A DNA stretch of 64,000 bases from Methanobacteriota archaeon (GCA_963719035.1 CAVRAO010000011.1:1-64000), one strand, 5' to 3'; counted from the stretch's first letter, positions 21,054 through 31,888 are shown. Notes: generated from the letters alone by a model not told the origin. Translations and numbers: made by a program.

Positions 21054-21805
21054 CGATTCAGCTAATGTCGCCCCCCGTCACGGTTCGTGAAGACGCCTAC
21101 GTTACTCACGTCCGCCAGCTGATGCGAGACGGTTATCGGAGCTTGCCGGTCGTTGACAGTCAAAGCCGAGTGAAGGGTATGGTGATACTGCCCGACATCC
21201 TCAAAGTGACGTCAACGAAATCTGACGTTACAGTCATTGGTTTCGTTCGGGAGACTGGTCTCGCCAATTCTGACTTTGCTCCGCTTGATGTGGCAAAAAT
21301 ATTTGCGACGACCGGGTTCGACGTTCCTGTAGTGAAATCGCAAGAAGATCACACGATTATAGGTGTAATTGACTCAGCTTTATTACTGAACGCTTTGAAT
21401 TTTGATAAGAAAACCACAATCGATGCGGTGATGACAAGCGCCGTTCGAACCTGTGATGCGACTGACCCCGTATCGAAGGTGTGGCTTAATATGGCACAAT
21501 ATGGGTTTTCAGGCTACCCGGTGGTGAAGAAGGGACGCCTTATCGGGATTGTTACACTTCAAGATATTCTTAAAGCTGGCCATATTAGGCTTGAGCGCGA
21601 GGATGAGAGAGGGGGCGGCAGGGTTCATTCACCTTCCGTCGAAAAGGTCATGAAAACTCCCGCCATCACCGTCGAGTCGGACTCGTCCATCTGGGAAGCC
21701 GCGAATCTTATGAAGCAGTACGCGATTGGACGACTACCGGTGGTCGAAGATACGAAGCTGATTGGTATAGTAGATCGACAAGATCTGGTGCGAGCCATAA
21801 TCTGA
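21050..21805 (+). CDS. Tandem CBS-domain protein
   Basis: Four CBS motifs; ATGA overlap with the upstream gene. Confidence 0.88.
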   Translation: MTIQLMSPPVTVREDAYVTHVRQLMRDGYRSLPVVDSQSRVKGMVILPDILKVTSTKSDVTVIGFVRETGLANSDFAPLDVAKIFATTGFDVPVVKSQEDHTIIGVIDSALLLNALNFDKKTTIDAVMTSAVRTCDATDPVSKVWLNMAQYGFSGYPVVKKGRLIGIVTLQDILKAGHIRLEREDERGGGRVHSPSVEKVMKTPAITVESDSSIWEAANLMKQYAIGRLPVVEDTKLIGIVDRQDLVRAII

Positions 21806-21822
21806 TAGCTGCAGGCGTTACA

Positions 21823-22755
21823 ATGCTACGAGGAAACAAACGACAGAAAAGAGCACAAAGTGACTTTAGCGGCAAATCGGACCGCGGGAGTCTCAACTTC
21901 AAAAGCAAGTTGTCCCAGCACGACGGCGACATTATGATGGTAGCAAAGCGAGATGTCGTCCAGATACCCCCCACGATGACCATCATGGGCGCAGTCAAAA
22001 CGATGGTCAAGTACCGATTTCGGCGCTTACCTGTAAGCGATCCTGGAACAAACAGGCTTATGGGGATAGTTACCGTCATGGATGTGGTAAATTTTCTCGG
22101 CGGTGGCGACAAGGCCCAGATAATCGAAAATAAGCACAGAGGAAACTTATTATCGGCGATAAACGAAGAGATTAGCTCAATAATGGAGGAGAACGTTGTC
22201 ACCCTCCACGAGGGAGATTCTATCGACGGTGTCATCAGGATGATGCTGAGCGGAAATGTGAGCGGTTTCCCCATCGTCAATGACGACAGCAAAGTGATAG
22301 GGATCGTTTCTGAGCGTGATTTTGTCGGCCTCGTCGCTAAAACCATTACAGGAAAGAGCGTCGCTGATTTTATGAGCCGTGACGTTGTGACTGTGCGACC
22401 AGATACCACGGTTGAAGATGCTGCACGAGTAATGATCTCAAGCGATTTTCGTCGTGTCCCCATCGTTCAAGAGGGGGTAATGACAGGCATCGTAACAACG
22501 TCAGACATTGTTAATTACCTTGGAAGTGGCGAGGTTTTTGAGAAGCTCGTTACAGGTAATATGCACGAAGCGCTCGACGTGCCAATTAAGGCCATAGCAC
22601 GAGAAGCGCCGATCACTATCGAACCAAATTTAGACCTAGGCGAAGCTGCTGAGTTAATGATCGCGCGCGACGTTAACGTGCTCCCAGTCGTAGTCGATGG
22701 GGCCCTTACTGGTATAATCACTGAAAGGGATTTTCTCAGCGCTATTGTTGATTAA
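21823..22755 (+). CDS. Tandem CBS-domain protein
   Basis: FRRLPV, GIVTVMD, GIVSERD, GIITERD. Confidence 0.88.
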   Translation: MLRGNKRQKRAQSDFSGKSDRGSLNFKSKLSQHDGDIMMVAKRDVVQIPPTMTIMGAVKTMVKYRFRRLPVSDPGTNRLMGIVTVMDVVNFLGGGDKAQIIENKHRGNLLSAINEEISSIMEENVVTLHEGDSIDGVIRMMLSGNVSGFPIVNDDSKVIGIVSERDFVGLVAKTITGKSVADFMSRDVVTVRPDTTVEDAARVMISSDFRRVPIVQEGVMTGIVTTSDIVNYLGSGEVFEKLVTGNMHEALDVPIKAIAREAPITIEPNLDLGEAAELMIARDVNVLPVVVDGALTGIITERDFLSAIVD

Positions 22756-22835
22756 TGGCCCAAAGAAGAACAAGCGATAGCAATTTCAGGTGCTGATAAG
22801 GCAAGTGAGAGGGTGGTCGCGAGAAAAAATGGAGC

Positions 22836-23480
22836 TCAAACCTCATACGCCACTAGCTCACGCTCATGGAGATACTTCAGTAAGGCGTCTAATATTTCGT
22901 CACAAACATCTTCCTCATCAGCTATCTTTTCGATAACGACGTAGTTTCCAGAATCCTCTCGTGCTATCTCGAGATATCGTCCCCGTATTGTGATCAGGTC
23001 AGCCTCGTTCTCGAAAGAGCTTAGCCCGTTGTCTCGCTTTTTGACAAGTGCAAGTGCCATTTCCGCAGGCCAGTTTATGATAAAACTAACGTCGGGCTCC
23101 GGCGCGAACTCTCGATTTGCCTCTAATATGTCCTGCCACGGGCTGCTATCTGCCTGATACGCCGCGGTTGATAAGAAATACCTGTCCATTACAACGATCT
23201 TCTTTTCTGAGAGCGCTGGAGCTATGTACTTCTCTACATCGTATCGTCGATCAGCGAAAAACAAGTCAGTAAGTTCACCGCTCGTGCTCGAGATGCTCTG
23301 CTGAAGCTTTTGATGTATCAGTTTTGCCTCAGGGGTTTCATTAGTAGGCTCGAAAAAGCGGATAGCATCGAATCCAAGGGCTTTTAGTCTGTCAACTAAT
23401 CGCAATGATTGTGTCGTCTTCCCGACACCATCAATTCCCTCTATAGCGACGAGAATTCCGCGCTGTAGTCTATGCTTCAT
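22836..23480 (-). CDS. tmk: Thymidylate kinase
   Basis: IEGIDGVGKTTQ P-loop, FFADR, MDRYFLSTAAYQ. Confidence 0.93.
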   Translation of the reverse strand: MKHRLQRGILVAIEGIDGVGKTTQSLRLVDRLKALGFDAIRFFEPTNETPEAKLIHQKLQQSISSTSGELTDLFFADRRYDVEKYIAPALSEKKIVVMDRYFLSTAAYQADSSPWQDILEANREFAPEPDVSFIINWPAEMALALVKKRDNGLSSFENEADLITIRGRYLEIAREDSGNYVVIEKIADEEDVCDEILDALLKYLHERELVAYEV

Positions 23481-24580
23481 GACTCAAAAACTTTCGGAAA
23501 CTCAACAGCAAACTGCTCGATCAGCGGCTTAGGGATAGCGAAACTTGTACGGACGTATCTGTCTGCGTACCTTCTAGACGTGTACGAAGCTGCCCTTATG
23601 AAAAAGCCCCGTTTCAGCATTTCATCAACGACGCTCTCAGACGTCCTTCCAGTTCTTGAGATGTCGATTACGAACATACTTCCCTGTGAGGGGTACACTG
23701 GGAGAAATACACCTTTAATTTTAGCTACAGCGTCTTTTATGATGACTTGATTTGCTTTGATAGCCTCGACAACTCCCGGGAGCCACTCATGTTTTGTCCT
23801 CAGGGCTGCAATTCCTGCAACTTGACTGACAATAGACGTTCCGAGATCGTTGACCTTATAATGGGCTATTTTCTGTATAAGCTCGTTCGTAGCGATGTGT
23901 GCCCCTAACCGCAGCCCAGCTAAACCACAGTTCTTAGAAAAACTGTAAATGATGACTGTGCCTTCAGGATAAAAGTTGGCAGCGTGTGAATGGAGTTTTG
24001 CCATGTCGTGATACGTGATATCGTTCAACACGTAAATGCCAGCGTCTTGAGCGATTTCACAGAACGCTTTGACTTCTTTGGCAGAATATGTTATGCCTAA
24101 GGGGTTCAGTGGGTCAACAAGCGTCAGAATTTTCGTTCGCTTGTCTATCGCCTCATTTACCATATCTGGCGTTAGTTTGTACTCATTGTCGGGTGAGTAA
24201 ATAGGTAGATCAAGAACTTTAGCTCCGCACAGCTCAGCAAACCTATGAATAACGTAATAACCTGGATCGGTAGAGATCATGACGTCACCAGGGTGCAGCA
24301 GGCTGCGTGTTACTTGATAAAGGGATTCCGTACCGCCCTCTGTCACGTGCACGCTGTGATCTGTGCTCAAACTCAAATCCTCGCGAATTAACGCCCGTAA
24401 CTCCTCAAGCCCGTACGGTGGTGGATATTTATGATAATCCTCCTTGTTTATCGCAGTCACCATGGCCCGCTTGATCGCTTCCGGCGTAGGAAAGTGGTTG
24501 GTATTTTGACCCATCCACACCATCGAATCATCGTCGTAAATGTCTTGAAAAAGTCGATTTTCACTGTTAAAATCGGTCAT
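23477..24580 (-). CDS. PLP-dependent aminotransferase class I/II
   Basis: DPLNPLG, NDITY, YSFSKNCGLAGLRLG. Confidence 0.9.
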   Translation of the reverse strand: MTDFNSENRLFQDIYDDDSMVWMGQNTNHFPTPEAIKRAMVTAINKEDYHKYPPPYGLEELRALIREDLSLSTDHSVHVTEGGTESLYQVTRSLLHPGDVMISTDPGYYVIHRFAELCGAKVLDLPIYSPDNEYKLTPDMVNEAIDKRTKILTLVDPLNPLGITYSAKEVKAFCEIAQDAGIYVLNDITYHDMAKLHSHAANFYPEGTVIIYSFSKNCGLAGLRLGAHIATNELIQKIAHYKVNDLGTSIVSQVAGIAALRTKHEWLPGVVEAIKANQVIIKDAVAKIKGVFLPVYPSQGSMFVIDISRTGRTSESVVDEMLKRGFFIRAASYTSRRYADRYVRTSFAIPKPLIEQFAVEFPKVFES

Positions 24581-24784
24581 TTAAATCACATCGTGAATCA
24601 ACAAGAAAGGTGGCGATCAGTGAGCCACTAACGAGTGGGCGCTTATATTGTCATACCCAGTTCAGCTTTTAAAGCGTTGTGGTTAACACGTCGCACTTCT
24701 TAAAAAAGTCTACAAACTCACTGTCGATGTGGTGGTGCCAGCGCACAATTCGCATAAAAAGTCCGGACGTCAACCGTAAGATGA

Positions 24785-26038
24785 CTAAAACAAGCTTTCT
24801 TTGACCGATCTTCTCGCAAATCGCGTCCCGTCTAAAGCTTCAAGACGATAGTCCTCTAGCAAAACCCTGAACGTCTCATCTAAAGGAACTGAAAGGGAAA
24901 TCTCCTTAGTTCTGCCATACCGACCTTTGCTGACGACTTTGGTGTTGATTATTCCCAGCAAATCCAGCTCCATTATGAGGTCAGTGATTCTCCTTTTGGT
25001 TAACACATCGAGTTCAATTTGTCTACAAAGTGTCTCGTAAACTCGATTTACCTCACCAGTTGTAGCACTCCGGGCTCCGTTTTGGTGAAGCGCGATTATG
25101 CTGTAAAGCACTAACTTTGCTTGGGTAGGAAGCGTTCGTATTACTTCTGCAACTCGATTGAGCTCTATTCTCATCTGAGCGGTTCGAACGTGTTCCTCCT
25201 TAACGCTATCAGCATTTACACGCTCTGCGAATTCTCCAGATACTCGCAACAAATCAAGTGCGCGTCGAGCATCTCCGTGCTCCTGAGCGGCCAATGCAGC
25301 ACATAAAGGAATGACTTCTGGATTTAGCGCGTGTTCCTTAAACGCCATACGCGCTCGTTCTTCGAGGATGTCCCGCAGTTGATTCGAATCATATGGCGGA
25401 AATATTAGCTCTTCTTCAGCGAGCGAGCTCCTAACTCTTGGGTCGAGATACTCGGTAAACTTCAGGTCGTTGGAGATACCGATAAGACTTACCTTTGTGT
25501 TAGTAAGCTCTAAGTTTATTCGAGATAAATTGTAAAGCACATCGTCGCCACTTTTTCGGACCAGCTTGTCAAGCTCGTCAAGTATGATTATCACGCTTCC
25601 AGTTTGAGAGTCAAGTGCTTCAATAAATTGTGAGTAGACCTGATCGGTAGGCCACCCTGTCATCGGCACATCCTTGTCAAATTGACGAGCCAAATATGCA
25701 AGAACGCGATATTGGGTATCGACTACTTCGCAATTTATGTAAGCCACGTTGCAAGGAACCCCTCTTGATGCGCCAACTTCCGTAAGCTCTCTTCCCACAT
25801 ATTTAGCACAAGCTGTTTTTCCTGTTCCAGTTTTGCCATATATAAGAATATTAGAGGGAGTTTCGCCTCTTAGTGCGACGACAAGAATAACAGCGATTGC
25901 GTTGAGTTGATCGCGCCTATGCGGCAGATAACTAGGCGTATAGGATGGTCTCAGTACTTCTTTGTCTTTGAAAACGGGTTTGCTTTCTAAAAGATTGTCA
26001 AAGAGTCCTTCCAATTCTTTGCCTCCGATTTCATACAA
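24785..26038 (-). CDS. cdc6: ORC1-type DNA replication initiator
   Basis: YGKTGTGKT Walker A, ILDELD Walker B, HGDARRALDLLR, wHTH GRYGRTKEI. Confidence 0.97.
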   Translation of the reverse strand: MYEIGGKELEGLFDNLLESKPVFKDKEVLRPSYTPSYLPHRRDQLNAIAVILVVALRGETPSNILIYGKTGTGKTACAKYVGRELTEVGASRGVPCNVAYINCEVVDTQYRVLAYLARQFDKDVPMTGWPTDQVYSQFIEALDSQTGSVIIILDELDKLVRKSGDDVLYNLSRINLELTNTKVSLIGISNDLKFTEYLDPRVRSSLAEEELIFPPYDSNQLRDILEERARMAFKEHALNPEVIPLCAALAAQEHGDARRALDLLRVSGEFAERVNADSVKEEHVRTAQMRIELNRVAEVIRTLPTQAKLVLYSIIALHQNGARSATTGEVNRVYETLCRQIELDVLTKRRITDLIMELDLLGIINTKVVSKGRYGRTKEISLSVPLDETFRVLLEDYRLEALDGTRFARRSVKESLF

Positions 26039-26114
26039 AGAGCACGAATGCTTGCTGGAGGCGCTGTTTTCTCAACAAAAGATGACTGACTACACAGGGC
26101 TATCCGCGCACTTA

Positions 26115-26605
26115 CCGTAAAGTGGAAACGTAACTAAATAAACTTTGTGATTATTAGACTTCTGTTTCCAATGGAGTATAACCATAATTTCCTATGGAAA
26201 GAAGGTACATTTCCACTGTAACATCTCAATGTAATCATTGATCAGTTTTAGAGTCGTTCCATTGCTTGTGTTGGTCAATTTTCAATAATGTTCTTATGGT
26301 CTTTTTTTTACTTTTAAAAACCATAATAACTATTGATACGTAACGACTTTAAAACTCAGCTAGTTAGGAAACTTACCTCTGATTCTCTAATGTAGCATAC
26401 CATCATTGCTTATGGAAGTATTTTAAAGACACCCCATGTTTTCTACTGTAAAAGAAAAAATTGGATAGGTTCCTTTGTTAATATATTAAAAAAATAGGAT
26501 GTTGTAGCGGTAAAGAACTATTAATATATAAATTTTTTTATTAATTTTTGTTAATAATTATGGTTAACGGTCTCTTTGGATGCGCAAACAGGGGGGGTGG
26601 GTTTT
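26115..26605. other. Probable replication origin (oriC): mini-ORB repeats plus AT-rich DUE
   Basis: Immediately upstream of cdc6. Repeats TAAAGTGGAAAC (26118), GTTTCCAATGGAG (26164), TTTCCTATGGAAA (26188), ATTTCCACTGTAA (26209) and ACCCCATGTTTTCTACTGTAA (26431). Very AT-rich 26478-26566, G-string at 26591-26601. Confidence 0.85.
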
Positions 26606-26632
26606 TTAATTACTTGCAAAACAGTTAGTTAC

Positions 26633-27697
26633 TCAGCAGTGCATGAAACCCGATATTAATCCAAAGCAGCCAGCGAGCATCATATCACCACCAGGGACTG
26701 CAAAATATGGGTCTAATCGAGAATCCATCATAATTTCACGTAAAGGTCCTATGACAGTCACGTGAAATCCTCGTTCTTTAAACGCACGATTTATCTCAGA
26801 GAACCCAGCTTGATTTATGTAACAGCCATGTCCACCATCCTCAAAAACCCATTCCTGCGTTAAGTTGCCATCCATAAAGAGTGAAAGGAGACGGTCTAAT
26901 TTGTTTGTATTTAGCATGCCGGTGTGATGTTCGAACATACCTACAACCCTCTTTTCATGAAGCATCGCTGCGAGGGTATGACCGTTCCCAACATTCACGA
27001 CAATATGAGGTTCGTACGCGCGCTTGGCAACAACATCATCATGCAGCGCGCCGAATATCGCGGCCGGACCAGTATCCATCAAGAGGACTTTTTCCATCCT
27101 CTCTTTTTTTAATGTCCGATATACAGCTCGTAGTCTCGTTAGATACTCAGGAATTTTCCCATCCAAATAAGCAAAACGAGTGAGCTCACCTCCTTTTTCG
27201 ATCAAGTCACTGAGGTGTTGGAAGCGAAAAATCCTGTTGCTCACGTAGCTCTCACCATGATCTTGACAAGCTACCGCGCAAACAGTTGGCAAATTGACAT
27301 CGAATTGCTTAAGTGCAGACCGCAACCCGCGTACGTCAACGTCTTTCATCTCTATTTGGACGCAGCTCTCTCGTGGGTGGGTGTCTGTGATCTGCACCCC
27401 CCACGCACCGACTTTGTTGAGGTCATCATTCAAGGTCTTTGCAGCAAGCGGAGTGGCAAATACTGGATACCCAAGCCCTAAGTGCGCCTTTATAGCCGCA
27501 CCGCTGGGCCCGCCCCCCATTGTCTCTCCATGGAGGAAGAGACTCTGACCTTGCGCCGTTGCAGATCTTACCCTCTTGGCGACGATTGTCGTTTGCGAGG
27601 GCATTACCATTTTTGGGCTATTCTCGATTACGACGTTTGTGTCATAGAGGAGCAGATCTTGGGTTCCTTTACCGACATCTAACGCGAGGATACGCAT
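26633..27697 (-). CDS. DUF1786-family protein (ASKHA-like fold)
   Basis: ILALDVGKGTQD, GETMGGGP, CQDHG..SNR..RF, NVGNGHT, FEHHT. Confidence 0.8.
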   Translation of the reverse strand: MRILALDVGKGTQDLLLYDTNVVIENSPKMVMPSQTTIVAKRVRSATAQGQSLFLHGETMGGGPSGAAIKAHLGLGYPVFATPLAAKTLNDDLNKVGAWGVQITDTHPRESCVQIEMKDVDVRGLRSALKQFDVNLPTVCAVACQDHGESYVSNRIFRFQHLSDLIEKGGELTRFAYLDGKIPEYLTRLRAVYRTLKKERMEKVLLMDTGPAAIFGALHDDVVAKRAYEPHIVVNVGNGHTLAAMLHEKRVVGMFEHHTGMLNTNKLDRLLSLFMDGNLTQEWVFEDGGHGCYINQAGFSEINRAFKERGFHVTVIGPLREIMMDSRLDPYFAVPGGDMMLAGCFGLISGFMHC

Positions 27698-27809
27698 GAA
27701 CAAGAGAATAAACGATCTCTCTTATTACGTTTTTCTAGCAGTATACTTCTTTTTGAAAAGGCGTTTTCGGGTCAGAAATACTATATAAGAATCGTATTAA
27801 TCCCCTCTT

Positions 27810-28352
27810 ATGCAACGCAAACAGGGAGGAAATCCTCATAAGGTCGGTGCAAATAAACGATATGAGGCTGCCGTTATCTCGATTAGCACTTCTAGATTTA
27901 TGAAATACGGGAGCGTTAAAACGCCTGAAGAGGCTGAAGACATATCCGGACGGATCATTATTGACCTCTTAGAAAATGCTGGACACAAGTTGCATCGTTA
28001 TGCTTTAATCTCGGATGCAGGGCGATCGATTTCTCAAGCCGTAAAAGCGCAAGTGAATGCCGTTAATGTGGTTATTACGACGGGAGGTACGGGACTTGCG
28101 CCACGCGATGTAACGATCGAGGCCGTTCAAGAAATACTTCAAAAGGAAATTCCGGGGTTTGGCGAACTATTTAGGTCCATCAGCTACGAACAAATCGGTT
28201 CTTCAGCTATGCTCACCAGAGCCTCAAGCGGTATTATAGAAAACACTGCAATTTTTTGTCTTCCGGGCTCTCCAAACGCCGTTAAGCTCGCGATGGAGGC
28301 GCTAATCTTGCCTGAACTTCAGCACCTCTTGCTTCACGTGTCTGAACATTAG
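27810..28352 (+). CDS. moaB: Molybdenum cofactor biosynthesis protein MoaB/MogA
   Basis: TTGGTGLAPRDVTIEA, IPGFGELFR, LPGSPNAV. Confidence 0.92.
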   Translation: MQRKQGGNPHKVGANKRYEAAVISISTSRFMKYGSVKTPEEAEDISGRIIIDLLENAGHKLHRYALISDAGRSISQAVKAQVNAVNVVITTGGTGLAPRDVTIEAVQEILQKEIPGFGELFRSISYEQIGSSAMLTRASSGIIENTAIFCLPGSPNAVKLAMEALILPELQHLLLHVSEH

Positions 28353-28395
28353 TCGGGTAGCCCGCTGTGTGACGAAGCTTAAAAAAAGAACGCGT

Positions 28396-29019
28396 TTATT
28401 CGAGGGTCGCGTGTTTTTTCTTCAAGTCATCCTCGCTCTTTTTTGTGACCTCCATGAGGGCAGCAATCACTCCGTCGAGAAAGACCATTGTGCTTATTTC
28501 GAACATTGTTCCAAGTGGAGCAAAGGAGATGTGTGAACCGATAACCTGCCGCTCCATAAAGTCCATCCCGCTTACTTTAGTACGTCCCTTGACGATTACA
28601 GCGGTATTGGAGATGGTTCCAAGAGTCGAATCCTTGTTTGATGTTACTGAGGCTAATCGCGTGCCTTTAGCCTTTGCGAGGGCACCCATCTCGTTGATAG
28701 ACTTGGTCTCTCCGGAGCCTGATATCACGATAAGCAAATCATCCGTTTCAACAGCGGGGGTTACCGTCTCTCCGACTACGTAAACGTTAAGCCCCAAATG
28801 CATCAATCGCATGGCGAAGCCCTTGGCGACCAGTCCCGATCTCCCGGCACCCATGACAAAAACCCGTTTTTTATTCTGATGCGCGCGTACGAGATCACTG
28901 ATCAGCGAATTGACTTCCACATAGTCTATTTCATCAGCTATAGTCTGCACGTTCGCAGCAATAGCTTTCATAGCCGATCTGGCGTATTCTTCTGGTTTTT
29001 GTAGTCGGGCTCTTTTCAT
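28396..29019 (-). CDS. hxlB: 6-phospho-3-hexuloisomerase
   Basis: GAGRSGLVAKGFAMRLMHLG, SGSGET, PLGTMFE, HATLE. Confidence 0.93.
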   Translation of the reverse strand: MKRARLQKPEEYARSAMKAIAANVQTIADEIDYVEVNSLISDLVRAHQNKKRVFVMGAGRSGLVAKGFAMRLMHLGLNVYVVGETVTPAVETDDLLIVISGSGETKSINEMGALAKAKGTRLASVTSNKDSTLGTISNTAVIVKGRTKVSGMDFMERQVIGSHISFAPLGTMFEISTMVFLDGVIAALMEVTKKSEDDLKKKHATLE

Positions 29020-29126
29020 AAACTCAAAGCGGCTGCGGCGACAAACGCCTTATGTCTTTCGCTGTTCTTGCCGCCCGTTTTAGCTCACAGCCCCCATCAT
29101 GCCTCTGTTTCACTGTTTAGTCTACC

Positions 29127-30179
29127 CTAAAACGGTCCACCGCCGCGGTGAGGCTTTTCGACCTCTTCAAATGCGAGTCTGCATAGCAAGTAAGCGATTG
29201 TTGATTCAGCCCCGAGATTTTGATTTACGCCCTCTTGGAGCGATAAGCCATCAAAACAACCTCCGGTGGCCTCGTCATAGATGGGGGAGTGTAGTCGGTT
29301 GTTCCCAGTAAACCAGCTAAAACATGTGCAGGCGTTTTGGTAGTACTGCACTTTGCCAGTGACTCGGTAAGCGTCTAAAAGCGCTTCGACGAGTGCCCCG
29401 ACATCGATAGCCTGTTCATCGCTGATGGCCCTCTGTTGATCACGGATGTACCAGCCGTCGTTTCCTATTACATTTATCACGCCTTTAGGGGTAATCACGG
29501 CATCCCACAGAAAACCAAGGGTTCTTTCGCCACACGAAAGAAGCTGCGGCTCGCCAATGGCATCGTAAGCTAAGAGCATGGCTTGGGGCAATCGAGCGTT
29601 TGAGTAGGACATCATATCTTCAAACCATTCCCAATCAGGGGCCCGGGCATCTTCGTAGCTGTGTAGCATTTCAGCTGAAAGCGCTTTGATCTTTTCTTGT
29701 GCTTCGCTAGTTGAGGCCCTTGAATGGCAGAACCCTAAAAGCGAATAAGCCATCCCTCGCAGAGAAAAGTCGCTTGTCGCGTGCTTCGCTACCCCTTCAA
29801 ATATGATTCGGGCGACTTCACGGACGTTCTTTGGAAGCTGTTTGCTACCGCAAACGTACCCACAAGCCCAGAGCGTCCGTCCCAACACGTCATCGGTGCC
29901 TACCGAATCGAGAAAGTCGCGTTGGTAACTCATGAAATTATGCATCATGCCGTCTTCTTTTTGCGCATAAAAGAGGAAGGCCATGTAAGTCTTTAATAAG
30001 TCAAAAATCGATTCATCCTTGAACGCGTTGTAGTATTTTGCAGTCACAAGCAGCGCTCTGACATTGTCGTCAGTACAGTACCCTTCAAATCTATTTGGAA
30101 TTGCGTACTTAGCGTGTTGAAATATGCCCGTGCAATCGGTGAGCGTCTTGATATGCCTTAGCGTAACAGGGGGGAGCAG
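29127..30179 (-). CDS. (alpha/alpha)6-barrel protein like the C-terminal domain of GT4-fusion glycosyltransferases
   Basis: The frame stays open upstream of the called GTG and encodes HIKTLTDCTGIFQHA..EGYCTDDNVRAL; also WFE..SYSNARLP and NQNLGAEST. Probable CTG start at 30179 after GGTGAT. Confidence 0.75.
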   Translation of the reverse strand: MLPPVTLRHIKTLTDCTGIFQHAKYAIPNRFEGYCTDDNVRALLVTAKYYNAFKDESIFDLLKTYMAFLFYAQKEDGMMHNFMSYQRDFLDSVGTDDVLGRTLWACGYVCGSKQLPKNVREVARIIFEGVAKHATSDFSLRGMAYSLLGFCHSRASTSEAQEKIKALSAEMLHSYEDARAPDWEWFEDMMSYSNARLPQAMLLAYDAIGEPQLLSCGERTLGFLWDAVITPKGVINVIGNDGWYIRDQQRAISDEQAIDVGALVEALLDAYRVTGKVQYYQNACTCFSWFTGNNRLHSPIYDEATGGCFDGLSLQEGVNQNLGAESTIAYLLCRLAFEEVEKPHRGGGPF

Positions 30180-30421
30180 GCTATCACCGTAAAGTCGTTA
30201 GTCTCTATTCGTCATATACATGGCTGTTGTCCGATAAAAAAAAAGTTGCACACGATCGTGGGTTCACTTGCACTCATCAGCTGAAATCGATTAGCATTCC
30301 ACACGAACTTCACGTACCTAGTCACTCGACATCTTGCAACGGTTGTTTCGTCAGTTATATATCCAAGTTCGCGTTAGTAGTGTCTGTCATCCAGTCTATA
30401 ACTGGCCTAATCGGTCTAGCC

Positions 30422-31756
30422 ATGCAGCGCTCGAAATTAGTCTCTAAGTCATTATTACTTGTTGCTGTCGCTCTCATCGTGTTGGCCACTTTGGTGGTTC
30501 CGGCGAGCGCAGCAGAGCTCACTGTAGGTACCGATGGGCAGTACAAGACCATTCAGCAAGCAGTAAATGCGGCGACATCGGGCGATACCGTACGCGTTGC
30601 TCCCGGCACGTACACAGAGAACGTCGTCGTGAACAAAGCGCTGACCATTACAGCTTTGAGTGGACGACCTACCGTGCGGGCCGCCGATGCGAGCAAAGAC
30701 GTCTTCTTGTTAACGAGCCCCGGCGTGCGTATTAACGGCTTGACGATTACAGGCGGGGCGTCAGGCGTGAACATTCAACAAACGTCGAAGTGTGTAGTGA
30801 CAAATGTCTTCGCACGGGATAATGTGCGAGGAGTGTACCTCTCACACAGCACGGAAAATGAGATCAGTAACAGTAATCTTGCTGACAACGGCTACGGAGT
30901 ATATGGCGACACAGCTTCAAGTAATACCATATCCTCTAACGTCGCAACTGGTGCAAAGGGGAATGGTAATACGCTCGGGGACGGCATATTCTTGAACTAC
31001 GGCGAAGCGAATACTATCACGCACAACAACCTGAGTGCGAATCATGTCTTCGGAATCTCCTTATACACCTCAACTCGAAACATTATCTCTAACAACACCA
31101 TGAGCGACAACGTCAATATTGGCGTTCGTCTCGGCCCGGGATCCAACAACAACACGCTTACCTTCAACACGATTGCTAGGAACGGCCAGACATCCCAACA
31201 AGTGGCACAAGACTTCCCGCCTTCCGGAATTCTGATCGTCAGTGCAACAGGCAACCAGATCTATCTTAATAACTTCATAAGTCAGCCAAGCGCCGTAGTA
31301 GGCGTGTCGGCCGCTATTTTAGATTCACCGGAAAAACTCGTATATACGTTCAACGGCGTTGAGCGAACGAGTCATATGAGCAACTTCTACTCAGACTATA
31401 CAGGAACCGATGCTAACGGCACAGGGATTGGCAGCACGCCTTCTGCTTATGGCGACAAGTTCCCCCTTATACAGTCAGTGACAAGCTACGGGACGATTAT
31501 TCCTGTTAGTGCAGTCACTCCGACCCCTTCTCCACAGAGCGAAAATTCAACAACGGTTTCTGACAATCAAAGCATCAGTGGGATACAAATCCCGAGTTTC
31601 CCTAGTTTCGAAGCTCTCTCCATAGTGGTAGTCTGCGCAGCGGTTGGAGTCGCAATCGCATTTTTTATCCTACGACGACCACCCCCGAGCGAGTCACCCC
31701 CGAGCGAATCACCCCCGAGCGAATCACCCCCGAGCGAGTCACTCCCGAGCGAATAG
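30422..31756 (+). CDS. Cell-surface parallel beta-helix (NosD/CASH) protein with C-terminal TM anchor
   Basis: Signal peptide, YKTIQQAVNAA..GDTVRVAPGTYTENV, repeated GI.L..S..N.I..N, TM segment and PPSES tail. Confidence 0.85.
   Translation: MQRSKLVSKSLLLVAVALIVLATLVVPASAAELTVGTDGQYKTIQQAVNAATSGDTVRVAPGTYTENVVVNKALTITALSGRPTVRAADASKDVFLLTSPGVRINGLTITGGASGVNIQQTSKCVVTNVFARDNVRGVYLSHSTENEISNSNLADNGYGVYGDTASSNTISSNVATGAKGNGNTLGDGIFLNYGEANTITHNNLSANHVFGISLYTSTRNIISNNTMSDNVNIGVRLGPGSNNNTLTFNTIARNGQTSQQVAQDFPPSGILIVSATGNQIYLNNFISQPSAVVGVSAAILDSPEKLVYTFNGVERTSHMSNFYSDYTGTDANGTGIGSTPSAYGDKFPLIQSVTSYGTIIPVSAVTPTPSPQSENSTTVSDNQSISGIQIPSFPSFEALSIVVVCAAVGVAIAFFILRRPPPSESPPSESPPSESPPSESLPSE
31681..31754 (+). 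repeat. 15-bp tandem repeat x5 (ACCCCCGAGCGARTC) encoding (PPSES)n
   Basis: Read directly from the sequence. Confidence 0.95.
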
Positions 31757-31888
31757 GGCATCCGGTTTCGTTGCTTTGTAAGGCGCGCTATATGCATCGC
31801 GACAACTTTTGTTAAAACGTAAACCCAAAAAAAGTAATCTCAGGTTCCCCAAGCGCTTCGATAGAAACACTTTTCACGGCTTGAGTGT

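Noticed and set aside
31681-31754. 15-bp repeats as a non-coding array
   Set aside because: In-frame low-complexity PPSES tail of the surface protein.
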